Under the pieces are notes generated by a model that searched no databases, was not told the origin of the DNA, and saw nothing but the letters and a program-made list of their open reading frames with translations. The position numbers were made by a program, and so were the translations under genes. A stretch of 64,000 nt of DNA from Octopus sinensis (lineage: Eukaryota): NCBI RefSeq assembly GCF_006345805.1, contig NC_043019.1, forward strand, positions 28,209,360 to 28,273,359, in the 5' to 3' direction. Within the stretch, counting starts at the first letter, position 1, and each line of letters starts with the position of its first letter. Below, one piece after another: positions 1-10,703 of the stretch.

Positions 1-211
1 GGGAGAGTGACTAATATCAGTGAAGGGGAGAACAGAGTTGGGTAATGGACAAATATGAAGTGACAGAGGGATAGTAACGTTAATATAGCTGTCACATACA
101 CGTGAGACGCTGCATACATACTTTCGTAAACACACACACACACACACAAATAAGTTTTAAAACGACGAGGAAGGGTAAGAGGGTGGGGATGAAGAATATA
201 TATAAATATAT

Positions 212-418
212 ATATAAGTTTATGAAAGAATGGAGTTGAACGACTTGTTAACAAATTTCCTTTATTTTCGACATATGTTTCGAAGGCTGCATATTCCTAA
301 TTCCGAAGGAATAAGGAGTACATTCGGAATTAGGAATATGCAGCCTTCGAAACATATGTCGAAAATAAAGGAAATTTGTTAACAAGTCGTTCAACTCCAT
401 TCTTTCATAAACTTATAT
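212..418. repeat. Perfect inverted repeat, 96-bp arms with a 15-nt loop
   Basis: 212-307 is the exact reverse complement of 323-418 (checked base by base). Confidence 0.95.
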
Positions 419-1595
419 TTTTAAAATAAACATACAAATTTCCGCACGAAAGCACGTAGTCTATGCCCTAGGGACGTAACTTCAACCGTGTTCTTTCTGA
501 TGTGAATTTGCTACCCAGGTATCGGTTATCTTTCGAATTATCCTTAATAAGATAATTCATTCAACTACTCAAATATAAATATATATAGAGATATATGACA
601 AAAAAACATCATAAGCAATACCATATGTTATAAACTAAATAGGATATATAAACTAATAACAAATAACTAATTCTGGTTTGAAAAAAAAAGAAAACAAGGG
701 GTGACAGCCTAGAAAATTATAAATAATGATTTCTCATTTAGGCACAAGGCCAACGATTTGTGGGGAGGGACAAGTGGATTAAAGCGTCCCAGTACATTAC
801 TCGTGCTTTATCTTATCGACCCTGTAAGAATGAAAGGTAAAGCTGACTTTAGGGGGATCGAACTCAGAACGTAACGGGTCATAACACTATGCTGCAAAGC
901 ACGTTGCCCGATGCTTAGGCACAAGACCAGCGATTTAAAGGGAAGGGCAAAGTCGATTAAACTGACTTTCGTTACTAGTACAAAATAACAAACTCTGAGA
1001 AATTCATTATTATTTTGACATAAATTGTTAATCAGCATGACAAAAAAAAAAGAAAAAGAAAAGAAAAAGAACAAAACAAAAAATATGACAGGAATGGGAA
1101 GAGAATCTGGAGAGTTCTATTTGTTTTCATAACGCGTGAGAAAAAATATTTTATCCACGCTCATGCGGGTGAACCTTCAACATTTTAAGGCATTGATAAT
1201 TTTCAACCCTAAGAAGATCAATCATTTTGAGACACAACACATTTGCTTCAGGACACATAGAAAACAAGGAAAATGCTGTCAGAAAATATGCTTTACAACC
1301 AGCCAGAGTTTATAAAAACCTGAGGCTGGACAACTGCCCCAGTCTATAACATATGCGTGAGTTTACTGCTACTCCGCATTGTTGTCAACAAATCTTCATT
1401 TTCAATTTCCCTACGATTTCTCTACCAATCACCAACACAAATTCCACGCAAACTAAGAACTTCAATGACGAACTGTTTATTCTTACAGGACAAGCTTTTT
1501 TACGGAATAAGGATTTAACAACATCAACACGACTCCAATAATTTCTCTTTGAACTTTTTTTCATAACATCATGGCAGAGATGTCTCACTCGTATT

Positions 1596-1812
1596 CGAGG
1601 GCTTGCTGAAAAGTTTCTGGCTTTGGGTAAAAGAAAATACAGGAGGATCAGACAATTATGATTTTATACAACATATCCCCCTCTCAGATTCACACACTCA
1701 TTGCAGCGGTCCTTCAGTTTTTCTAAGCCCTGTAAAAGAACTCGGAAGCTTGGATCTCCAACCAAGTGTTTCACGATACCCTTAAAGCCAGGAAATTTTC
1801 AGCAACCTCTCA
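1596..1812 (-). mobile_element. Mariner-derived MITE
   Basis: About 30-bp imperfect TIRs (GAGGG..TTGCTGAAAAG/T..TGGCTTT); interior is a decayed mariner transposase C-terminus (approximately EFFLQGLEKLKDRCNECVNLRGDYVE*) on the - strand. Confidence 0.75.
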
Positions 1813-1927
1813 TACAAACATATATATAGAAGACAATTTCCACTTAAAACCAGTTTGTTGGATGTAAATTTGACACAGCAGAACAATCTAAGGGACATAA
1901 CTCTGGAAAGTCGAAAGCTAGCTTGGT

Positions 1928-2540
1928 GTATTCCGGACCACATAGTTCTGGTTTCAGTCCCACTGCAGGGCATCTTGAGCAAAGTGTCTTCTACTATAAG
2001 CCTCGGGCGAATGAAAGCCTTGTGAGTGGATTTGGAAGGCGGAAACTGAAAGAAGCCCGTCATATATATGTGTGTATATATAAGGCAGCGGGCTGGCAGA
2101 GACGTTAGCACGCCGGGCGAAATGCGTAGCCGTATTTCGTCTGCCGTTATGTTCTGAGTTCAAATTCCGCCGAGGCCGACTTTGCCTTTCATCCTTTCGG
2201 GGTCGATAAATTAAGTACCAGTGACGCACTGGGGTCGATGTAATCGACTTAATCCCTTTGTCTGTCCTTGTTTGTCCCCTCTGTATTTAGCCCCTTGTGG
2301 GTAGTAAAGAAATATATATATATATATGTGTATATGTATGTGTGTGTGTCTGTTCGTTCCTCACAACCGCTTGACAACCGGTATCGGTATGTTTACGTCC
2401 CTGTAAACTTAGTGGTCCAGCAAAAGAAACAGAATAGATACTAGGATTTAGAAAAATAAGTACTGGGTTTGATTCATTCGACTAAAAGTTCTTAAGGTGG
2501 TGCACCAGCATGGCCGCAGTCCAATAACTGGAACCAGTTA
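1928..2540 (+). mobile_element. tRNA-derived SINE family A with a family-B SINE (about 2082-2313) nested in its internal microsatellite
   Basis: Family-A halves flank a complete family-B copy, with (TA)/(TG) runs at both junctions. Confidence 0.8.
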
Positions 2541-2696
2541 AAAATAGTCTTTGCTTGCATCAAAAATTAGATTAGAACGAACCTCTGCAACAATGCACCA
2601 AGCTAGCTGTCGACTTTCCAGAGTTATGTCCCTTAGGTTGTTCTGCTGTAACGAACCAGGTTTAAGTGGAAATTGTCTTTCATACACGTGTATGTA

Positions 2697-2885
2697 TGAG
2701 GGTTTGCTGAAATGTTCCTGGCTTTAAGGGTATCGTGAAAGGCAATGTTCGAGATCCAAGCTTCCGAGTTCTTTTACAGAGCTTAGAAAAACTGAAGGAG
2801 CGCTGTAATGAGTGTGTGGATATGAGTGGAGAATATGTTGAATAAAATCATAATTAACTGATCCTGTAGTTCCTTTTACACAAAG
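2697..2885 (+). mobile_element. Second copy of the mariner-derived MITE, opposite orientation, truncated
   Basis: Reverse-complement match to 1603-1812; a third partial copy lies at about 13699-13815. Confidence 0.75.
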
Positions 2886-2896
2886 CACCCAATCGT

Positions 2897-2931
<35 letters not shown>

Positions 2932-2954
2932 ACACACACACACACACACAAATT

Positions 2955-4327
2955 CGCGAAGAGTTCACAACTGATCTCCTGTCACTTAGGATTGCATGTG
3001 AAGGTGATAAATAGATCAGGTAACCCATAATGCCACACATATGTGATTGCATCCTAGGTCCTCTCATGCATATAGTGGGGACCTCCTGTAAAAGTAGATG
3101 GAGGGATGCAAATTTGTCCAATGCTTCCAGGAACTGCATCATTGTTGATACCATCTCGAAGGTGGATGTAGCTGTCACAACGCAGATTTTTCTGATTTAA
3201 TTTGATGAACCCCAATCTCTCAGACTCCATTATTTGCACTCATATCAAATACAAATTGGTGGTAGAGTTCTTGTGACCGGTGTAGGTAGTTGAAGCAGTT
3301 CTCGCGTGTCATAAAGCTGTACGCGTAGAAGTCCATACATAAAACTGTTTTGTTGATTTGCTCTCCAGCACTGTTAGTGCTACGCTTTGGAATACCAAAA
3401 TGGTAACCATTCTCACCATTTACAAAGAGAAGGGTATACTGAAGTGCGTCGAAGGAGCTATGTGTTTCACTGATCCATTGTAGCATTCTCAACGCTTGAG
3501 AATAATGCCTCTGCTCTTGTACAGGAGGACGACAGCAATCTCATTGCATTTTGGTGCATCATAGTGGCCTGCGTGCTTCCCAGATGGTCTTTGGTCAGCA
3601 TTTAATACAACGGTGAAATTTGGCGTAGTTTCTGATTCCAAAGCATACCCGAAGCTTTGGGCATAGCTGTTTCTAGAATGCGTCATATCCTGAAGTTGCA
3701 GAATGAACTCCATGTCAGTACCAGGTGAAATGGAATTTCGCTTGTCTGCAAGCTCATGGCATTTCTCAACAAAGTACAGCTAAAGAAATCGAGGTTCTTC
3801 ATTTTCCAGAGGCTGGAGCGATCCAATCCTGTGATACACCTGTCCCTGCACTTTGAAAGTGGTTATAAATCCACCCTCTTTGATAATATTTGCCCCGAAA
3901 GAGGTCATTTGAAAAGCGCAGTTGTACTTTCGAATGTTATCTAGGAAGTGCTTCGACTCTGCTGTTATACCTAAAAGTAGAAGCTTCAGCGGCTGTGGTG
4001 GATCTTCAAACGTGGTGGTGGTGCAATTGGACCTTCCCATTAGAGTAGCACATTCCAGAAGTTTCTACTGGTCATCTCTTGGTGTTGCAGAACGGGCAAG
4101 CAATATCTAGATAGATAGCATAGTGGACCCTTAATATCTAGATTTCAATATCTAGATAGATAGCATAGAGGACCCTTGCTTTCCATGGCTCTAGCATTGG
4201 CTGTGCAAGAAGCATTTTGTGAATGTCTTTGTTCAATCTCGTGTGATTATTCATTTGCACTCCTTCCCTTCGATGTCTCTGCTGCGGCAGGTTTGCGACC
4301 AATACGGGTTCTTTTCTTAGGTGGCAT
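2955..4327 (-). pseudogene. Decayed Helitron Rep/helicase ORF, N-terminal part
   Basis: Broken-frame motifs MPPKKRTRIGR, FLDNIRKYNCAFQMTSFG, FKVQGQVYHRIGSL, YDAP..NEIAVV, YDALQYxLLFxxGExGYH-like and STFTGGPxYM are typical of Helitron_like_N; multiple stops and frameshifts. Confidence 0.9.
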
Positions 4328-4369
4328 TGTCTCTGAGTTTAGAAGCTTCAATTACAAAATGCAGATGTG

Positions 4370-5250
4370 ACAAAAAATCTAGAATAAAGTAATGTTGTGT
4401 GGGGGACGTACAGATAGCGTAAATATACTGAAGTCAATTTTCAGGCAGATGTGTTGAAAATGAACTTAAACAGATGTCAGTTTTTAGGCAGATGTGGTAA
4501 AACTGAATTTAGATACACTGGATGAATACAAATGAGAGATAACTAAGTTATTTTTCTGTCAGAATTTACAAAAACCGTAACGGCATAGATTTTAACTCAA
4601 AACTATTTGAAATACGCGGAAGGTAATTTGTAGACAGAATTTATTGTGTGTCAGTTAGAGAGAGAGATGGGGGGGGGCTAGAGAGTGGGAGAGAGGAAGA
4701 GTGAGTGAAGAAACAGACATAAAATTAAAGAGAGAAACAGTGATAGATGGTGAGAGTGGAGTAATGGAAAGAGAATAGGTAAACAGTGAGAAAAGAGGGA
4801 GAGATTCGGATGAAAATTCTAGAAGTCAAAGGGAGAGGATCGGTCGAAAAATGAGATTGAAGACAAAGATATTGACGCACAACAAAATTGAAATACTGTG
4901 AATTGAATTTTTAGACAGGTGTGACGAAACTGAATTTAAACACTCTGGGTGAACGAAAATGGCAAAAAAACTAAGTTAATTTTCAGTGAGAACGTAGAAA
5001 GACCGGAAAATGTTAGGTCGTGTGAAAAGGGGGAAAATGTTAGGTTGTGTGAATTTTCAGGAAATCCTCTCCCCAACCACTCGGAAAAACGTTTTCCCAA
5101 CAAATCTTTACATACAGTCAATCTACAAGATGTAAGCGATTATTTAAGCTGAATTCAATTTTCAGCCAGATGATTTGAAACTGAATTTCAAGTAAAGTCG
5201 GTCTTTAGGCAGATGTAGCAACACTGAATTTAGACACACTGGATGAATAA
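4370..5250. mobile_element. GA-rich non-coding repeat abutting the Helitron start codon; related copies at about 6430-7100, 7790-8480, 13830-14545 and 15280-15730
   Basis: Shared blocks such as AACTGAATTTAGACACAC, ATAACTAAGTTATTTTT and TTGTAGACAGAA.TTATTGTG..TCAGTT(AG)n. Assignment as Helitron 5' non-coding sequence is inferred from adjacency. Confidence 0.6.
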
Positions 5251-5256
5251 AAATGT

Positions 5257-5634
5257 GGATCTTTTCCTTTTGAACGGCACTTTGTAACATAATTTCTAGG
5301 TAACTAAAAAGTCTTAAACTTCGTATACTGGTAGAATGTGTTTATAAAACATCATTTTCTCTCGGCTTTATTGAGAAAATTCTATAGGTTGTAACATATT
5401 TCGTCTAAAATGTCTTGCATTTCGGCAATTTTAACCAATCAATTACCTCCATTGACGTAAATAGGCGCAGGAGTGGCTGTGTGGTAAGTAGCTTGCTTAC
5501 GAGCCACATGGTTCCGGGTTCAGTCCCACTGCATGGCACCTTGGGTAAGTGTCTTCTACTATAGCCTCGGGCCAACCAAATCCTTGTGAGTGGATTTGGT
5601 AGACGGAAACTGAAAGAAGCCCGTCGTGTATATA

Positions 5635-5701
<67 letters not shown>

Positions 5702-6429
5702 GTGTATGTGCGTGTTTGTGTGTCTGTGTTTGTCCCCCCAACATCGCTTGACAACCGATGCTGGTGTGTTTACGTCCCCATAACCTAGCGGTTCGGCAAA
5801 AAGAGACCGATAAAATAAGTACTAGGCTTACAAAGAATAAGTCCTGGGATCGATTTGATCGACTAAAGGCGGTGCTCCAGCATGGCCACAGTCGAATGAC
5901 TGAAACAAGTAAAAGATTAAAAGAGAGTAAAAGAGTAAACAACATTCTGGGCATAATGAACATGTCCCTCCTTTAAGAAACAGATTGGGTGACATTTTCA
6001 TTTGACACCGCTAGAAAAAAATCCCATTTTCCGTAGTGGTGTCGTATGAAATTGTCACCCATAATTATAACCCTAGTATCGATCTATTGCATTTCAATCT
6101 ATTTTAGATTTAGGGTTAGAGTTAGGGTTAGGGGTTGGGGAAGCGTATCTTTTTTCTTCACAAATGTAAATAAACCCAATCTGTTTCTTAAACGAGGGAC
6201 ATATTCATTATGCACAGAATGTTGTTTACGTCAATGGAGGTAATTGATTGGTTAAAATTGCCGAAATGCAAGAACTTTCAGACGAAATATCTTACAACCT
6301 ATAGAATTTTCTCAATAAAGCCAAGAGAAAATGATGTTTTAAAAACACATTCTACCAGTATACGAAGTTTAAGACTTTTTAGTTACCTAGAAATTATGTT
6401 ACAAAGTGCCGTTCAAAAGGAAAAGATCC
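5257..6429 (+). mobile_element. Long-inverted-arm (foldback-like) DNA element with GGATC termini and internal TTAGGG repeats, interrupted by a SINE (5463-5937)
   Basis: Termini GGATCTTTTCCTTTTGAACGGCAC / GTGCCGTTCAAAAGGAAAAGATCC; 5257-5460 plus about 5940-5990 is the reverse complement of about 6170-6429; AAAATGT flanks both ends. Confidence 0.8.
5463..5937 (+). mobile_element. tRNA-derived SINE family A, full length, with expanded internal (TA)n
   Basis: tRNA-like head GGCGCAGGAGTGGCTGTGTGG...GGTTCAGTCCC and GTAAAAGA tail repeats; many near-identical copies in the window. Confidence 0.9.
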
Positions 6430-6846
6430 AAAATGTGAAATAACTATGTTATTTTTCAATCAGAATTTACAAAAAAACATAACGTCATAGCTTTTAACAC
6501 AAAACTATTTGAAATACGCGGAAGGCAACTTGTAGACAGAAGTTATTGTGTATCAGTTAAAGAGAGGGAGAGAGAGAGGGGGGAGAGAAAAGGGAGAAAG
6601 AGAGAGTGTGAGTGAGAGTGAGAGAACGGGATAGAGAGAGAGAAAGAGAGAGGGAGTGAAAGAAACATACATAGAATTAAAGAGAAGAACATTGACAGAT
6701 GGTGAGAGTGGAGAAAATGAAAGAGAAGAGATAAATAAACAGTGAGAGAAAGACGTAGAAAGACCGTAACAAAAATGATTTTTTACGCACGACTAATAGA
6801 AATACATGGAAGCCAATGTGTAGAGAGAAGTTATTTTGTGTCAGTT

Positions 6847-6881
<35 letters not shown>

Positions 6882-7005
6882 TGGAGTGAGAGAGAGAAAA
6901 AGAGAGAGAAAGAGTGTGTGTGTGAAAGAAATAGGCATAGACTTTAAGAGTGGAACTTTTACAGAGAGGCAGAGTGAGAAGAAGAAAGGGTAGAGATAAA
7001 TAATC

Positions 7006-7037
<32 letters not shown>

Positions 7038-8211
7038 GAATCGGATATAAGGTGCAGCAGTCAAAGGAAGAGAATCGGTTGAGAATTGCAGTTTTTAGAG
7101 AAAAATCCACGTGGAATACATTCCCCCCACCCCTGTTTCTCTAAAAACAGCAATTCTCAACCGATTCTCTTCCTTTGACTGCTGCACCTTATATCCGATT
7201 CTTTCCTTTCTCTCTCTCTCTCTCTCTCTCTGATTATTTATCTCTTCCTTTTCTTCTTCTCACTATATATATACAGGTGTCCCAAAAAAATGTATACACA
7301 CCTTAAATAATTGTAAATTTGTTATTCTTTGTAAGCCTAGTACTTATTCTATCGTTCTCTTTTGCCGAACCACTATGTGTATACATTTTTTTGGGACACC
7401 CTGTATATATACATATATATATATATACAAAGAGATTGTAGTTTAAAATTTTGGCACAAGTTCAGCAATTTCGGGGGACGGGGTGAGTTGATTACATCGA
7501 CCTCATTGTTCGGATCTTTTCCTTTTGAACGGCACTTTTCAACACAATTTCTAGTCAACTAAACACTTTTAAACTTCGTATACTGGTAGTATGTGTTTAT
7601 AAAACATCTGGTTAAAATTGCCGAAATGCTCGAAATTTCAGGCGAAATATCTTACAACCTATAGAATTTTCTCAATAAAGCCAAGAAAAAATGATGTTTT
7701 ATAAACACATTCTACCAGTATACGAAGTTTAAGACTTTTTAGTTACCTAGAAATTATGTTACAAAGTGCCGTTCAAAAGGAAAAGATCCAAAATGTGAAA
7801 TAACTATGTTATTTTTCAATCAGAATTTACAAAAAAACATAACGTCATAGCTTTTAACACAAAACTATTTGAAATACGCGGAAGGCAATTTGTAGACAGA
7901 AGTTATTGTGTATCAGTTAAAGAGAGGGAGAGAGAGAGGGGGGAGAGAAAAAGGGAGAAAGAGAGAGTGTGAGTGAGAGTGAGAGAACGGGATAGAGAGA
8001 GAGAAAGAGAGAGGGAGAGGGAGTGAAAGAAACATACATAGAATTAAAGAGAAGAACATTGACAGATGGTGAGAGTGGAGAAAATGAAAGAGAAGAGATA
8101 AATAAACAGTGAGAGAAAGACGTAGAAAGACCGTAACAAAAATGATTTTTTACGCACGACTAATAGAAATACATGGAAGCCAATGTGTAGAGAGAAGTTA
8201 TTTTGTGTCAG

Positions 8212-8259
<48 letters not shown>

Positions 8260-8383
8260 TGGAGTGAGAGAGAGAAAAAGAGAGAGAAAGAGTGTGTGTG
8301 TGAAAGAAATGGGCATAGACTTTAAGAGTGGAACTTTTACAGAGAGGCAGAGTGAGAAGAAGAAAGGGTAGAGATAAATAATC

Positions 8384-8415
<32 letters not shown>

Positions 8416-8579
8416 GAATCGGATATAAGGTGCAGCAGTCAAAGGAAGAGAATCGGTTGAGAATTGCAGTTTTTAGAGAAAAATCCACGTGGAATACATT
8501 CCCCCCACCCCTGTTTCTCTAAAAACAGCAATTCTCAACCGATTCTCTTCCTTTGACTGCTGCACCTTATATCCGATTC

Positions 8580-8611
<32 letters not shown>

Positions 8612-9170
8612 GATTATTTATCTCTTCCCTTTCTTCTTCTCACTATATATATACAGGGTGTCCCAAAAAAATGTATACACACCTTAAATAATTGTAAATT
8701 TGTTATTCTTTGTAAGCCTAGTACTTATTCTATCGTTCTCTTTTGCCGAACCACTATGTGTATACATTTTTTTGGGACACCCTGTATATATACATATATA
8801 TATATATACAAAGAGATTGTAGTTTAAAATTTTGGCACAAGTTCAGCAATTTCGGGGGACGGGGTGAGTTGATTACATCGACCTCATTGTTCGGATCTTT
8901 TCCTTTTGAACGGCACTTTTCAACACAATTTCTAGTCAACTAAACACTTTTAAACTTCGTATACTGGTAGTATGTGTTTATAAAACATCTGGTTAAAATT
9001 GCCGAAATGCTCGAAATTTCAGGCGAAATATCTTACAACCTATAGAATTTTCTCAATAAAGCCAAGAAAAAATGATGTTTTATAAACACATTCTACCAGT
9101 ATACGAAGTTTAAAAGTGTTTAGTTAATTAGAAATTATGTTACAAAGTGCCGTTCAAAAGGAAAAGATCC
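6343..9170. repeat. Tandem segmental duplication, unit about 1.36-1.38 kb, two near-identical copies
   Basis: About 6343-7702 matches about 7703-9083, differing mainly in (GA)n length and a few SNPs. Confidence 0.92.
7274..7403. mobile_element. Tc1/mariner-type MITE containing a SINE fragment (duplicate at 8654-8784)
   Basis: About 27-bp TIRs CAG(G)GTGTCCCAAAAAAATGTATACACA, TA flanks. Confidence 0.85.
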
Positions 9171-9829
9171 CATTGTTCAGCTGGTATATATTTTATCAAC
9201 CCTGAAAGGATGAAAGCAAAGTCGACCTCGCTGGAATTTGAACTCAGAACATTAAAACAGACGAAATGCCGCTAGATTTTGTCCGGTGCGGTAAAGATTC
9301 CGCCAGCTTGGCGTTTTAACTTTCGCAAACGATCTGGCCAGACTTTTAAACCCAACATACCTTATTGTATTCAAGCAGTTATCAATACGAAAGATAAATA
9401 TACAAAATACTAGTTTATTGTGAAATTGGTGTCTGAAATCATGTCTTCAACAGAATCGATGCTTTAAAGTGAATACAACATTCATTTTGTAATCAGTTAC
9501 CATCATTTTTGTTTATAAATTTTAGGACGGTCTTAAACTTTTGGGCATAATTGTAGTTTTGTAGAAGTCATGGAATGATATCTGCGAGGAGGGGATTCGA
9601 AGACGAAGAAAAATATGTGGTTTGTGTATTAGTAGATGATAGGTTAGCTAACTTTAGGTTCTCGTGGATCAGAGTACCGTACCAAGGAAGTGGATGCCCA
9701 CCCTATCAAAATACAAGAAAATTATATTATTCCCAGGTTCGAGGGTCTCCTGGGTCCTGGTGTTGTAGCACCCATAGCAACTACCTATAACTACTTGAAC
9801 AACAAGTAGAAAGAATTATCGAGCCGCTA

Positions 9830-10305
9830 TTCTCCGGATTGAGAGGTCACTGCTCCAGTGCTACGGATATGTGATTAAAATGCAGCAGGAAAGAATCGCA
9901 AGGCAGATTCTTTAAGCTAGAAGACTTGGATGGTGATCAAGAATGAGATGGTTAAATAATATTATGAGTCTCATTTAGTCACACTTTGGAATACAGTGAA
10001 AAACTGTAACGACAGTTGCTTCAGATTGGACATAGGGAGGCAGGCCCGTCGCCAGACTTTGGTGCTTGGAAGTACTTCAGAATATTATGGATGGGTATTA
10101 ATTTGTAATGATGCTAAAGTGGAGTTTCGAAATAAGGGTATCATTGTAAAACCGAGGGAGCACCATTGAATTATGAGCGGGGATATGCCGTCCAGTGCAA
10201 TCCCTTAGATGATGGACATACATGGAGATGTCTGAGAACTCTATGCCCACCGCACTTCCGGGAATAATGGGCGGAGAAGATAGATGTGTGGATGGATGGA
10301 TAGAA
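9830..10305 (+). mobile_element. Decayed RTE-clade LINE 3' end
   Basis: Broken frame IERSLLQCYGYVIKMQQERIARQIL...RMRWLNNI resembles the RTE C-terminus; ends in a (GGAT)n tail. A similar fragment lies on - at about 44385-44700. Confidence 0.55.
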
Positions 10306-10703
10306 ATTTGATTGAGTGTTGATTGATTTAAATGTGGGTGAGAGAGAAAGCGATTAAGATTCTCGAGTTGTTATTAACCACTATTTCAGTAGCAACAAGA
10401 AGACCGGCTTGGTGTCAGTGGTTGTGAATTGGCTTCTCGAATGTCTATGATTGCAAAGAAAATCAAGAACTGGAGATGACGAGATGGGATTATGCGCCAG
10501 GGTTTTTTTCTGTTTGTTTCCCATTTTTCAATTCCTTCAATTTTCCTTCCAATTGATTTCATATTAGTTGTAACATTGTAAAATTGCATGCTAATCCTTG
10601 ACGTGAAATTTAGTTTCTCCATAAATCAATAAATAAATAGCTTAATAGCTTAAAGTTTGCTTTTAAACTGCTCAACAGATACTTATTCTATGGATCCCAA
10701 AAA

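Noticed and set aside
6343-9170. Repeat/spacer-like periodicity suggestive of CRISPR
   Set aside because: Eukaryotic context, kb-scale units and no short direct repeats with unique spacers or cas genes; no CRISPR array anywhere in the window.
9575-9790. 71-aa ORF MISARRGFEDE...
   Set aside because: No recognisable motif; it lies immediately upstream of a decayed LINE fragment and is probably part of it.
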